From the NCBI RefSeq assembly GCF_009914755.1, contig NC_060947.1: 64,000 nt of DNA; one strand, given 5' to 3'. This document shows positions 14,947 through 60,320 of the stretch, in pieces. This DNA comes from the human T2T-CHM13v2.0 reference genome, Homo sapiens. Position 1 is the stretch's first letter, and the number at the start of each line of letters is the position of its first letter. The notes beneath the pieces were generated by a model, which worked only from the letters and a program-made list of their open reading frames with translations, searched no databases and was not told the DNA's origin. Both the position numbers and the translations under genes were made by a program.

Positions 14947-16819
14947 ACTAATACATTTTTAAAATCCCATTTTAAAAGTAAAACCACAGTTTTCATATAA
15001 CAAATGTTATTGCTCTTCATTTCATTCTCCAATTTTAAAATGCTTTACTTTCAGCCAATATGTGAATATAGGAGACTTCAAAAGCATAATCAATTACTCC
15101 CTTAAAGTTCATTGTAAGTGTTCTCAGAACTCTACCACCTAGAATTTAAAGACGGGAAGATTTACTTTATAATTTTAATTTCTTATCACAAGACTCGATT
15201 GTCAATAACTGTTAACGTCCATTTAATAATCTATGGTGAAATAGGTAATTTCTTCTTATTTTCACAAGCGTGTGAGTAAAAGACTGGGTTTTAAGCAATA
15301 AATCATTTGTTCTAACTAAGCACATGCTTGGAAAAAGTGCTATTTTTCCAAACGTATGCCTTGAAAACAAATACAATTCAATTGCCTTTTTGGTTCATGG
15401 GAAGCCATACTGCGGTGGCTTCCAAGGTTGGCCAACCTGTTTTTATTCTTACCACCTCTTTCAAAAAGGGATGTTGTCTTTGTCCCCAAATTCTGGTGTT
15501 GTCCTATGCTGATGCATAATGAAGCCCTGAGGCTTGGAAACTTGCAAACCAATAAGATGATTTAATGATGAAACGGCATGTCAGTTTGACACTGTCTATT
15601 AATAGTCCTTGAGTGAGCTTAAATTTGAGACACTTTTAAAAGCGGCATGTAGTTCCAGTTTTGCTTCCCTTATCAGTGGAGCTTGAGATGTCTGTTCCTG
15701 CCGACTGATGTTTTAACAAATTTTTAGTTTCTCATGATGTGAAAGATTTTGTATGCACGTCTTAGTCTGGATACTGTTTTCATTAGTTCTAATGCTGCTG
15801 CATGCAAATTTTGTTTAAAACCAAAATTGACTCTTCACATCTGGACTAGATTGGACATGGTGAGGAGGCTGGAAGGAAAGTCCTTTTTGCTCTGTAGGCT
15901 CTGGACAGCTTTCTTAGAGTTGACTTATCCAGGATTAAGAAAAAGTTTTCTTTTGCGTGACTAAATTCTTTCCACAGTTTGCTTGTGTAAGCATTTTAGA
16001 TTTAAGCAAGTTCAACTTGAAATATATTTGAATATGAAGTAGAAACAGCTTCATTTAATGGGATAATAGCAATCTCTAACCCATCAAATTAATATCTACT
16101 AAATAGCTTCCAAAAAGCACTGACTGGAAAATATTTTTCACTATCATGGCTTTATTCAGTTTCAAAAACAGTAGGGGCTAAAATGTTTGGACATTTATCC
16201 TGCATTTATTTTGTGTTTCACAAGGTTAAAATTTTGTATTTTGTAAAGTGTCTGAAAAGGAGTCCACAAAGTATTTCTGCTTTCTTGCTCCTGAATGCAA
16301 AGGTCTGAGAGAAGGCACATCCTCATTAGCTTCTGGGTGTTGTCAAACCCAATCCTCTCTCAAGTACCAAATGCCCAGATACATTTATTGGGATGCAGGA
16401 ATCTCACTTAAGTAGCGGTTTTTGCTGATATAAAGACAAACATCTTGATTAAAGTGTAGGGAGATAGAAACTATACCAATTTGGGCAATTTTGGCTCTAA
16501 TGTCTAATTTGTTGTGAAAGGGGAAGATGTTCTAAGCTAATGTTCTTAAAAGTAACTTATGAATTTCTTAAAAATAGTTTTTAAAAAGCTGTTTCAGGAA
16601 AAGCTGTTTTATTGCATGGCACAGATTAAATGTACAGATGTTATCTTAAAACAATGAAAGAGTTCCCCTAATTTGAATATTCAATACCAGCTGTTATTCA
16701 CATCAATATTTTAACATTTTACCATCAAGATATTTAATACAAAGGATTGATACATATTTAACTGTTTAGAATTCTAGTTAAACTTGTCCAGATGAGTAAG
16801 AGGGAAGGAGAAATAACAT

Positions 16820-17040
16820 TCTCCAAGTACCTACCATGTGCACAAGCTCTACTTATATATCTTGCTTAATCTTAGCAATGATTCCATGAGGTAGATTTTA
16901 ACTCTCATTTTACAAACGAGGAGACTAAGGCTCAGAGAGGTCATACAACTTCAGGAAAGTTGTATGACCTCTCTGAGGTAATAAATGGCAGAACTGGAAT
17001 TTGAACCTAAGTCTCCTTGTCTGCAAATCCTGTGTTTTGC
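16820..17040 (-). mobile_element. MIR SINE
   Basis: Core CTCATTTTACAAACGAGGAGACTAAGGCTCAGAGAGG and GGCAGAACTGGAATTTGAACC. Confidence 0.8.
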
Positions 17041-17482
17041 AGAAAACTCTCCTCTTGTATTTCATAAAATGTTAAATCTTGGCCCAAATTCAAATCACCA
17101 TCTTTATGGGTTATTGGAGAGAGGTATAAGTTGGCAAGACTCTGTTCCACGATGGGAAAAAATGGGTAGGATTTGAATGAGTAAGAGTGGGATACTTGCA
17201 CAGTATCATATTTGTGTGGCTGGAGTAATGTTTTTCTGTTTCCCTCTTAGCAAAGTGGAGTGGGAGAATCTTGAAATTGAACTCAGTCCTGAGGTCTGAT
17301 TTTCCTATTATTAGTCACTTTCAAGCCAGGTGATTTGTGACCATTTAAATGTTATGCTATTTCAAAGTCTTCTACATCTTTAGAAAAGGACATGAGGGAG
17401 GGTTAGTTAAGTGGGGCAATGAGAATGTAGAGTGTAATGTGCAAAAGCAGGACTAGCAGTTGCTTTGAAGATATCTGGGGAA

Positions 17483-18103
<621 letters not shown>

Positions 18104-18392
18104 TTAAAATTAATGACAGGAAGAGTTTGGGTTCAGTTATAATTTAAGGGAAAAAACATTGAGGGGCCTAATCTACATTTTGCTCCGGATCCAATGATTT
18201 AATTTTTGGGAAGAAAAATCCAGTGATTAAAGTCATGCAAGGAGATGGCCTGGGGCTTGCTAAAAGTCAGGTTGCAGTTTCCATTGCATTCAAGAAAATC
18301 AGAAAAATAAATACAACTTTTAGAAGAAACTAAGTTTTCTCCCATTCATGTTTAGCTATTGGGGGGTCTCATACTTCTGGACTTGCTTAGAC

Positions 18393-19008
<616 letters not shown>

Positions 19009-19443
19009 GGGTTGGAGAAAAGGCAGTATTCCCTGAAGCTTCGTGCTAGAGGCAAGTGCTTTAAAGTGGTAAGTATGAAAAAGATTCTCAGTGCCAGCAT
19101 TCAGTCTTCCATCAAGCCAGGAAGTTTTTCCCTCTTCCCCTCAGATGGTACAGGGGTGGTATTTTGACTATTAGAATATTTCCATTAATTCAACACTTTG
19201 GGTAACTAGGTGGATGTCTGTATCATTCACTCACTAGATCAAAGCATTTTTTTTTTCTAATGGAAGTCTGTCACTCATTAAAGGCAGTTATCCTATTTAT
19301 CTCTCTAAAACCTGAGTCTTATTTTTAAGTCCTGCTCTTTCTGCTAGGGTTTTTGCCAAATTTCCAAAGCAATGGCATAACCAATGTGGCTATTCTTGCA
19401 TGTAATCAGTAGAAACCTAAAGAAATGGGAACTATGTGGGTTA

Positions 19444-22831
<3,388 letters not shown>

Positions 22832-23405
22832 TCAGGTAAGTGAAACTGCCAGATGGCCAAAACAAGTTCTTCAAATTTCCACAGAACTCATTGACCCAGC
22901 AGGACTACATTTTTATCCAAATTGCAGCTGGGAGCTTGATTAACTGAGAAACAACACAATTAAATGACATGACATTCTTCATAGGCACCAATCCAATGTC
23001 AGTATCTGCAGGCTGAAGTACAGACAGTTACACTGAAATTGCGTATGCTCTGAGGAATGACACTAAATTCGCTTCCAGGAAAATTACTCAATTTTGTAAG
23101 TAATTTTCAGTTTTTTTTCTCAGGGATATTTTTCAACTTTCACTTTAATTTTCTTTAGTTGCTTAGTTGTACATTTTGAGAAGGCAAATCCATTGGAACT
23201 TGGGGAGGCTTAGAACATAAATCAGTATTAGAAGTAAAGGGAACACACAGCTAAAAGTTTTACTTTAATCACAAATTCACAACTAGAGATATCATTTGCA
23301 TATCTTAGAACGCTAAAGACCTGTTAAAATTTTTTAACCAATCAGCAAAAATATGTGCCCCACAGATTTCTAATGTTCATAATTTAGAATTTATCACATA
23401 TAATA

Positions 23406-23422
23406 TTTATTAATAGTTTATT
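23406..23422 (-). terminator. C1GALT1C1: Candidate C1GALT1C1 polyadenylation signals
   Basis: Two TTTATT (AATAAA on the minus strand) at 23406-23411 and 23417-23422, ~250 nt past the stop. Confidence 0.6.
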
Positions 23423-23662
23423 TGCAAAATTATTATTCTTAAAACACTTCTTTCCAACACATTTACAATGTTCATGTGTTTTAAAGAAAAAAACCACCCT
23501 CATTTAAAAATGTACTACTGACTTTAATGTGTGGTTATACCAGTGCCACCAAATTAGAAAAGAAAAAGAAACATACAGCTGTATTGGATATGTAGTTACT
23601 ACTACAAATAATGACAACACACGTCCTATACAAAGATCATATTCACGCTTTTCTACCACTTC

Positions 23663-24673
<1,011 letters not shown>

Positions 24674-25396
24674 CTATAAATTTGATTTGGTATTCCTTAT
24701 ATACTTACATTTTGCTTTTAATGTTTTTTTTAAAAGGTTCCCAAGCTTGAAATCAAGTTAGTTGCATATAGTACAAAAGGCTCTCAAAATCTTTAGCTTC
24801 CAATGGAATCTGATTACTGTTTGGTATAAACTGGAACTTTGCAACAACTCCTCTATGGAGAAGTTTGTTTTGCACTTCATCTATGGGGATTTAATAAACC
24901 CTTGAAACCAGTGTTACAGAGGTTATCCATCCACCATTCTCTTTAAAGAATTTCACATCACAAGCTTGCATTATTTAAATACCTCTAAAAATATAGTGAA
25001 CTTTTACACCAAAACCTTGGGTTGAACAGATAAAACCACCTATAAATGGCAAATCACCAATGGTATTGTGCTGACATTTCTGTTCTCAACATAGTGCTTT
25101 CTTTAACTGATGGCTGCTGTCCTTAAGTGTTTTGAGTAAATCTAAACCAAGTTTCTTGAGAATAACACCATATAGGTTAATATTTACCCTTTTGTTCCTA
25201 AAACTAAATGGTTTCCAATACAGTATCCCAACTATTGATGTAATAGAAGCCCATAATAAAAAGTTACATCTTTTGGATCAAAAAGGAATATTGATAGATA
25301 TATCTGGGGCCCATTAATAAACATTTTCATTTCCTCAAAAGGAATTTTCTTCTTCTTTGGGGAAGTAAAAATGGAAAAATTTACACTTTTATTTCA

Positions 25397-26720
<1,324 letters not shown>

Positions 26721-27169
26721 AGAATTGTCAGGTGCACTCTAAGATTAATTTATATAGGATTTTTGTATTTCATGTCACGCAGTTTTCATTATTTCTGGCC
26801 AATACATAATTCACATGTTTCTTTGCTCAATTATGGCATATGTGTCAGAATTCTTCCTGATGGTGATCCTACTCCTGGCTGCAAAAATAGTGATCAAAAC
26901 TCAGTAAGTCTACACATTTTAAATAAAATAATTTGCAAAAATTATTCTAAGGAGATTTTTTCCCCATCACAGAGGCAAAAAATATAACACTAGGGATGCA
27001 TATGATAGGATACTTTGTGCAGAAGGAAACAAAACTGCACACGAGCACAAATGAAACAGAAACTACCCCAATGGTTTTTAGATGAACCTTTTTGGGTGAA
27101 GGTAGTTGGGGTGAAGTACGGAAAACGAAGACGAAATAGGGAAGAGAAGTGAGAGGGAGGACATGGTAA

Positions 27170-27880
27170 CCTCGATATCCCTCTGAGGGACCAAGAGAGC
27201 GCCCCCAGGAAGAAGACTCTCGGTCTCCTGTGCTGACAATCCTCCCGCTGCACCTGCCCAAGCATCCCGCGTGGAGCATGCTGGGAGAGGGCTGGGGCCC
27301 AGGCCTCCCCCAAGAGAGGGAGGGGAGTCAGGGTGCGCTTGGGGTGGGGGTCGAGGCCCCGCCACTCACCCGCGTCTAGAACGGCTTGGGGACAGGAAAG
27401 CGCAGCCGCGCACGGGTTTCCTCTCACGTTGGCGCACCACTCCGTTACGCTCCTGACCAGGCTGTTCTAGCTGCAGGCGGTGTTCTCTCGTTGGTCTCGC
27501 TAAAGGTGGGGAGCGCCAGGAAACGAGCGCCGCGAAGGCGGGGGTAGTGGGGCGGGGTAAAGGAGCCGGCGGCTGGGCGGAGCCGTCCGTTTGCCCGCCC
27601 GCGCAGGCGTCGGAAGGGCCGGCGCGCCCGCTGCGCGCACACTGCGTGCCCTTTCTCCCCGCCCCCTGCCGAGTTCAGAGACTTGCTATAGGCCTGCGTG
27701 ACCCGGACGCTCTCCTTTACCCAACGGGCGTCCAGAGAAGAGGCCGTGCGTACGACTCGCTGACACCTCCCATTTCACCTTCCTGGCATGGAAATTGCGA
27801 GAGCGAGAGATTCTTGCTCCCGGTGTCGCTTTTTATCAGACCTCTTGATGGTTTCTCTGATGTACCCCTGCGTCCTTGAA
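27170..27880 (-). promoter_or_regulatory. C1GALT1C1: CpG island promoter of C1GALT1C1
   Basis: High GC and CpG; GC boxes GGGGCGGGG (~27549-27558) and GGGCGG; NRF1-like TGCGCGCA 27632-27639; ETS-like CGGAAG 27611-27616. Confidence 0.85.
27370..27520 (-). other. C1GALT1C1: C1GALT1C1 non-coding first exon (5' boundary approximate)
   Basis: Strong minus-strand donor CGG|GTGAGT at 27370/27369 inside the CpG island. Confidence 0.7.
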
Positions 27881-27984
27881 CCCTCATATTGCCCACCCCC
27901 CCAGTACTCCTGGGCTGAGACCAAAACGCAAGCCACTGAAATAGTCACGTAATTATGACACCAACGGTTTCCTATTATTACTGG

Positions 27985-29835
<1,851 letters not shown>

Positions 29836-31024
29836 TTACAATTATTTAAAGTGTATTGTTACTAGGTTCCATTAAGATAAAATTGAGTGGTGACTTACTC
29901 GGGCCTGAGTTCCTAAAGACACACATGTATTTGAGTGTTGTCAGTGACCTAGTTTAAGTAGACTGAAGGTTTCAGGGAACTCTGAAACAATGAACAAATA
30001 TATTGTAGGTAGTTACTATCCTGGCAACACTATCTTAAAATCTGGAGATACAGTGGTGAGCAAAATAAGTACCCTGACTTCATGGAGCTGTCAGTCAAGT
30101 GGGGAAGAAAGACATTAAACAATTTATTACAAATAATTATAATGGTGGTATGTTTTCTAAAGGAATACCAAAATGAATTTTATTTCTGACAGTGGGCCCG
30201 CTGGAAAAGAAAAAATGAATTTTAGAACTGGAAAAGAATTTAAGACCGTGGAATATTTTCATTATATTTTGTTAAGTAATATAGTCTATTTCACATATTA
30301 TATAAAATATATATGTATGTATGTATATATACCTATATAGTTAAGTGAAACAAATTGCAGAATACTGCATATTATATGATTATGTTTTGGTGGAAACAAA
30401 CGTGCACATAGGTTTGATCTGTTCGTATGAACAAAGAGAGTTATGGAAGAATACTCAGCAAGCTCTTAATATTGATTACATCAGGAGGTTGAGGTGGGGA
30501 TGATTAGCTTTGTCTTTATACATCCTTGTATTGCATTGTTTCACTGGTTATAAACAAGCACCTATTTTGAATTTGAAGACCAGCAAATAAAAGGACCTTA
30601 AAATTACAGGGACAAAAAGAAAAAAAAGAAAAGATACCAATAAAAATATCTTTTAAAGAATGCAGAGAACCACTCTGTCCTCGCAAAAAGGGACCAGGAA
30701 GGACAGAAATGACACTCAGAATTCAGACTGTGATGAAGAGGCAATATAAAATGTTTCTCCTAGAAAATAAGGGCACCTATTTGAGATGATGAATATGTTC
30801 ATTAGCTTGATTGTGGTAATCATTTCACAGTGTATACATATAGCAAATCATCACATTGTGCACTTTAATTGTATACATTTATTTGTCAAACATACCTCAA
30901 TAAAGCTGGAAAAAAATAAAATGATTCTTCTTTTAGTATAGAAAAGTACTGTATACCAAACTGGAAGTATTAATAATATAAGAGCAGCGCTTCTTATAGT
31001 GGTTGGTAATTTTAAAAAATATTA

Positions 31025-32272
<1,248 letters not shown>

Positions 32273-32276
32273 GCAG

Positions 32277-36034
<3,758 letters not shown>

Positions 36035-36717
36035 ATTCTTGTTTATAATAGCAAAAGTGGGAAATAGCCATTAATAAGGGAATGTTTGAGTTCATTATGG
36101 TACATCCATATAATGGAATATTAAGCATAAAATAGAGAGCTTATTTCACTAACCTATACTAAACACTTCCTTAAACACAGTAAGCTACACCTTGTGTGGG
36201 AGAGTTGCTTTGAATTTGGTTGCATTCATGTACACAGCAGGCAAGGCAAGAATGCATTAAAAACTGACGACACTGCATTTTGGGTAAGGCTCTTCTATCA
36301 AATGCATGCATTATTCAGCATGAGAGGTCATTAATTTCTAGTAATTAGTGATTCACTTGCACGTGAGCACTCAAATCTGCCCAAAGGCCTTTGGGAAATT
36401 AAGACAGCTTTCCACAAGAGTTCGCTGGAATAAAAAATATTGAAGGACATCTACAGTGAATTTTCCGCATAACATCTTTTTGAAGGGTTAAAAATGTTTT
36501 CTGTGATTACCTTAATAAAGTGCCTATAATATATGTATCTCTTCTGCCCAGAGTTTCTCAACTGTTCATGTTCAATAAACAAACTCTCTTGTCTGAACAA
36601 ATGTATTGTTTCCATTTGTGTATGGTGTAATCTTTAAATGAATCTCATTTGTGTGTTCAGGCATATTCATGCTTGTAATTTCATTTCAAAAATTTTTTTT
36701 ATTTGATGGCCATCTGA

Positions 36718-39773
<3,056 letters not shown>

Positions 39774-39964
39774 TTTTTTTTTTTTTTTTTAAGGCAAAAC
39801 TGTTTCATAGGGGGTGGTGCTTGTTTCACTCAGGAGACACATAATGTCTGGTTGTCTCTCTTTGTGATGATAGCTGTCTTTGATGCTCAATATCTAGATT
39901 GGTAATTCACTAGAGTTGCAATATGGTGATCTAATTTTCCAAGGCATATTTTAAAGAGGAAACT

Positions 39965-40220
39965 TAGTGTTGTGATTAAGAGATCCTGCTCTGAGATGGG
40001 AAAGACTTGGTTTTGAGATTTGGTCCTACCACTTCCTAGCTGTGTGACCTGGGACAAATCAGTTCGCTTCTCTCAACCGCAGCTTCCTCATCTGTAGAAC
40101 AAGATTAATAATAGTACCTATTATTACTCATAAAGTTTTCGTGAGGATTAAATAAGGTAGGGTATGTAGGGGGTTTAAAACAGTGCCTAGCACATGGTAG
40201 ATGCTCAATAAAAGCCAACT
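39965..40220 (+). mobile_element. MIR SINE
   Basis: CCACTTCCTAGCTGTGTGACCTGGG...CAGCTTCCTCATCTGTAGAA...ACAGTGCCTAGCACATGGTAG. Confidence 0.85.
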
Positions 40221-40705
40221 ATTGTATCTCATGAGATTCTTGAAGAATTACGGCCTCTCAAATTCAGAATTTTCCAATATTCAAATCCTCCATTCAACAG
40301 TTAAATTACATTTTCACATTGTTTATAAAAATAATAATAAAGATTAACGAATGAACAGTCTCTCATATTTGTCCAGTGCTTTATAGCCAACAAGGGCCTT
40401 CTTCACATGCATTCTTACTTGATCCTCATAGCTGCATTTTAACCAGAAAGACTGGTTTTATTCATTTTTTACATCTGAAGAATCTTGGCCTTAGGGAGGC
40501 AATTTGCTACACACAACACATCCAGAAAGTCACACAATAGAGCAGGGAGTAAGTCCTAGCCCAAGGCTCTTTAGATGGAAAACAGGTCTTCCCTCCTGCA
40601 AAGATTTCATTTCTTGGTTTCAGTTACAACACCAATGTCTTGTTTTCTTTTTCGACTTTTCTTCTTTTCTTTTCTTCCTCAATCATTTACTTGTTTGTTT
40701 ATAGT

Positions 40706-47240
<6,535 letters not shown>

Positions 47241-47524
47241 TGTGCATAACATCTGTTTTTAAGGGAATTAAGTCACCATAGGATTGTAACCCACTTTCCT
47301 CTGAGTAGATATTGCCTGAGAAGTAGGAAACAAAGATAAAGATAAAGGAGGTTAAAGGATTGTTTTGACATTTCAAAAGCATGATTCCTTAGGGATAGGA
47401 TTGGGTGGAGCAACATTTTTTAATAAATGTATTTCTATAAAAGAGCTGAAGGAATGCACAGTGAAATCTCTGAGTTGATTACATTAAACTCTTCTTGAGC
47501 CATGAATTACTTTTATTTTTTATA

Positions 47525-50256
<2,732 letters not shown>

Positions 50257-50389
50257 CGCAAATAAAATTGTCAGTAATAAACATCAGTATCAGCAGATTT
50301 GTAAATTATATGTATCTCAAATTCTTTTTTTATACATGTACTTCATTTTTTATTTAAAAATATTTGTCAAATAAAGATTGAGTATATTT

Positions 50390-50975
50390 TGAAACACAAA
50401 AAAAGAAGAAATTACTTAGGCAGATAGTGAGGGAACGGAAGTCCTCTGTAAGGTTTTACTTTTAATAAAAAGCAGCCCTAAATTATTTTCCTTTTTAACA
50501 AAAAGCAGCCTGTAAAATCAAGCTGCAGACATAGATGCCAGCAGTTGTGCCAATCATGCTCAAGATGTTGGCTCCATCTTCCCTTCTCTTCGTCAGCCAC
50601 GTGTACAGTAAGGAGCAGACCAGATGGTGTCTGCCAAGGGGAAAGTTCATTTGCATAATAAGATTAGGGTGGGGCAGCCCACATCCCTGTGCGCTATGTA
50701 AACATCATACCTGATCCAACCAATCTGTGAGCCCTATGTAAATCAGACACTGCCTCCTCAAGCCTGACTATAAAATCTGGGGCATCCACCAAGGCTGGTG
50801 GCCTTTCCTCTGGGAAGTCCCCTGTCTTCTCACTAGAGAGAGAGCAGTTTTCCTTTCTTTTTCCTTGGCTATTAAACCTCCACTCCTAAACTCCTTGTGT
50901 GTGTCCGTGTCCTAAATTTTCCTGGTGTGAGACAACGAACCTGGGGTATATACCCTGGACAACGTAGCTGCTTCA
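50390..50975 (+). mobile_element. ERV1-class (MER4-group-like) solo LTR; subfamily and 5' end uncertain
   Basis: LTR layout: CCAAT (~50720), TATAAAA (~50769), ATTAAA (50871), end ...GCTGCTTCA. No clear TSD. Confidence 0.7.
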
Positions 50976-50979
50976 CGAC

Positions 50980-51648
50980 TGAAGAGAAATTGAGTTGCAG
51001 ATACATTTACTTGGGGCTAATGGAATATATTTATGTGGTGTGGTGTCACTTCTGTGTATAGTTAAGTTATTGCTGGCCGTATCAGTGCAGTAATGACTTA
51101 TGGGAACCCTTCTAAAGTAGTCAATTCAAAGCTTTTTAAGTATTAGTCATTACATAAAAGACCTGACATATCCTAAAATCTTACAGCTTGTATATAAAAG
51201 AAATAATAGAGGTTTGATAGAGGTTTTCTTAAATTTGACAACAATCCAGAACTTTACATCACATTAGCCAGTAATGGGTTGCCATGCTGAAAGAGGCTTT
51301 TCTAAACTCTTGGGAAAAACTAAATTGTTTTTCTATTCTCTCCATAGAAATTACACTACAAAAGTAGTATTGGATGAAGAGGTAATCAAAAGATATGCAG
51401 ACAAAAATATAGGAAAAAAGGTAGCGTGGAGGTGCGTCAGCTAATATAATGAAAATATTATATTATTTTTCCTGATTTTGTGATGTTTGTGGTATTTGCC
51501 AGTTTTAAAACTTGTAGTTTCTTGTGATTTGTTTTCTCATTCTAAATAAATGTTCAGGGTTTTACCTAACTTTATTCTTTAAAAATAAACTTATTTAACC
51601 CAAATGATATAAGCTTCTGCCCCACAAAACTTGGATCTGCCACTACTG
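50980..51648 (+). mobile_element. hAT DNA transposon remnant (Tip100/Zaphod-like), transposase C-terminus
   Basis: ~51269-51310 translates PVMGCHAERGFSKL, similar to the hAT dimerisation motif (PxTSxxxERxFS); end ...GGATCTGCCACT. Confidence 0.6.
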
Positions 51649-51839
51649 ATGGGGTAAATAGTGATGGTCATTTGGAGTGTGCCATGTTATAGATAAGGAC
51701 ACTGGTTTGCCCAAGCTAGCATAGATAGGGGTACAGCCAGGATGCAATGTTGAGTCTTCTGGATTCAAAGCTTATGTTTTCTTCACTATCCGAAACTATC
51801 CTCTTCCAAATGAAAATTTATGGTAATCAACACAAATTG

Positions 51840-52059
51840 TAGTAATAACAACAATCTATCAAGTGCTTAGTAGGTGTCAGGCATCAATAAATATTAATTT
51901 CATTTAAACTGCACAATGACTGTCTGTATTATCATCCTTATTTTACAGTTGGGAATACTAAGATTGAGAGAAGTGAATTAAATTGTTCAGGCTCACACAG
52001 CTAACAAAGGATGAAAGCCAGGATTTGAATTCGTGTCTAAATGAGTCTAAAGCCTCTAC

Positions 52060-52060
<1 letters not shown>
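51840..52060 (-). mobile_element. MIR SINE
   Basis: CCTTATTTTACAGTTGGGAATACTAAG...CACACAGCTA...GGATTTGAA. Confidence 0.8.
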
Positions 52061-54180
<2,120 letters not shown>

Positions 54181-54704
54181 ATCTGTCCAAAAAACTCGCT
54201 ATCTTAGGTGAAAAATGATAATAGGACATCTATATTCCCGGCCCTGTGTCTGCCCTCTCCTACAGTGAGCTTTGCTTCTTCCTCTTTATGAATTTGTTTA
54301 TTCAGCTAAATTAACTCTGACTGCACATTATAATCTATGGAGTTTGTTATAAAACATCTATCCCTGGATCCCACCCACCCCTAGAGATCCTAACATTTTC
54401 TAAATACCTACTCTATGCTATGCCCCATGCCTTGCTCTAGGTGTAAAGGAAATCCAGTCATGGACCCTGCCCCTCAATTCATAGTTGAGGGGCAAAGATG
54501 GATAAATAAAAAACTATAATTCATCAAGAAAATACAGTATAATTCCATGTTCTTTTCTTAATCTAGATTGTTTCTCATAAAATTGTGCCAGTATGGGTAA
54601 GGTAAACATGGATTTGTTCAACAAGTCCTTGTATATAGGAGGAGGAGTGTTTCCTGGGATCTTGGGTGACATAAATTGAGGATTTTTAAAAAATAGTAAG
54701 ATGA

Positions 54705-54976
54705 GGCTGGGTACAGTGGCTCATGCCTGTAATCACAGTGCTTTGGGAGGCTGAGGCAGGCAGGTCACTTGAGGTCAGGAGTTCAAGACCAGCCTGGGGC
54801 AACATGGCAAAATTCAGTCTCTACTAAAAATACAAAAATTAGCTGGGCATGGTGGCGGCCACCTGTAATCTCAGCTACTCAGAAGGCTGAGGCAGGAGAA
54901 ACGCTTGAATCTGGGAGGCAGAGGTTGCAGTGAGCTGAGATCATGCCACTGCACTCCAACCTGGGCGACTCTGTCT

Positions 54977-54980
<4 letters not shown>
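54705..54980 (+). mobile_element. Alu whose tail runs into a TA microsatellite
   Basis: Alu dimer directly followed by (TA)n. Confidence 0.88.
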
Positions 54981-55032
<52 letters not shown>

Positions 55033-55152
55033 TATATATACACACATATATATTTATATATATACACATATATATTTATATATATACACATATATATTTA
55101 TATATATACACACATATATATTTATATATATATATTTTTATATATATATGTA
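54980..55152. repeat. (TA)n followed by degenerate TATATACACATATATATT units
   Basis: About 22 pure TA units, then several ~20-24 nt higher-order units. Confidence 0.95.
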
Positions 55153-55169
55153 TAGTAAAGTAAGATATA

Positions 55170-55815
55170 TATGAATGTCCATAGAAGTTTCATTTGTAAT
55201 AGCCAAAAATGAAACAGCCCAAACATCCTTCAAACGATGAATAATTGAATAAACTGTGGTACATCCATAACTTGGAATACTACTCAGTAAGAAAAAGGAA
55301 TGAATTATCGATACACATGACAACATGGATGAATCTCCAGACTATGCTGATTATGTTGAGTGAAAAAGGCTAATCCCCAAAGGTGACATACTGTATGATC
55401 CCATCTGTGTAATCTTCGTGAAATGACAAAATTATAGAGATGGAAGAGTGATTAGTGGTTGTTAGGGGTTAGGGAAGTTGAGAGGGAGTGAGGGAGGGAG
55501 GTGTGGTTATGAAACAATAACAAGAGGGATCCTTGTGGTGACTGAAATGTTCTATGTCTTGATTGATTGTAGTGATGGTGATGCAAGGCTATACTATGGT
55601 AAAATTATATAGAACTAAACACTCACCCACACACCACATGCAAATATACATGTAGAGCTGCTGAAATCTGAATAAGCACTGTGGATTGTACCAATGTCAA
55701 TTTCTTGGTTTTGATATTGCACTATAGTTGTATAAGATGCTAACATTGGAGGATACTGAGGAAAAGGTATACATGCCTTGTAATCTTCTGTGAATCTATA
55801 ATTGGTTCAAAAAAT
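55170..55815 (+). mobile_element. L1MB/L1MC-like 3' end
   Basis: AAACTGTGGTACATCCATA...CATGGATGAATCTC...CATACTGTATGAT...GGATTGTACCAATGTCAATTTC. Confidence 0.75.
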
Positions 55816-55825
55816 AATAGTCTGA

Positions 55826-59862
<4,037 letters not shown>

Positions 59863-60320
59863 TCAGGACACAAAAGTCCAAAAAGGATAGATTAACTTTT
59901 TAAAATATTTTTCCCCGCTAGCAAAGAATAAATTTTATATTGGTACCCTTGAGGTTTACTACCGTTTAGAAAGCCAATCATTTGGGGCCTTGTCCATTGT
60001 TTTTGCATGCCAGATGACGTTGCCAGCACGTTTAGTAAACAATACATTGTAATTCTCAGAAGGTTGACTGCAACCTTCTTCTGTAGCCTTTCTTACCTCC
60101 CTGAAAGTTCCCTTTGTTTTTCAAGATTACACGAAGACTCAATCGCAATCACGTATCATGATGGAGTTTTATTTCTTCTCAGCATGCTGTAACAGGCTGT
60201 TTGATTTTCTGGGTTTGGGCTATCTCCTCTACAAAACTATAAGTTCCGGGGAAGGGATCTTGTTTGTCTTGTTTATCTCTCTATTCCCAATGACTAACAT
60301 AGGGCTTAGCATATTGTAAG

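Noticed and set aside
26947-27879. Overlapping 60-145 aa ORFs in the C1GALT1C1 CpG island
   Set aside because: Expected from stop-codon scarcity in GC-rich DNA; low-complexity products.
30170-30243. Short repeats AAAATGAATTTTA and CTGGAAAAGAA
   Set aside because: Small slippage-type duplication in AT-rich DNA; no array or spacer structure.
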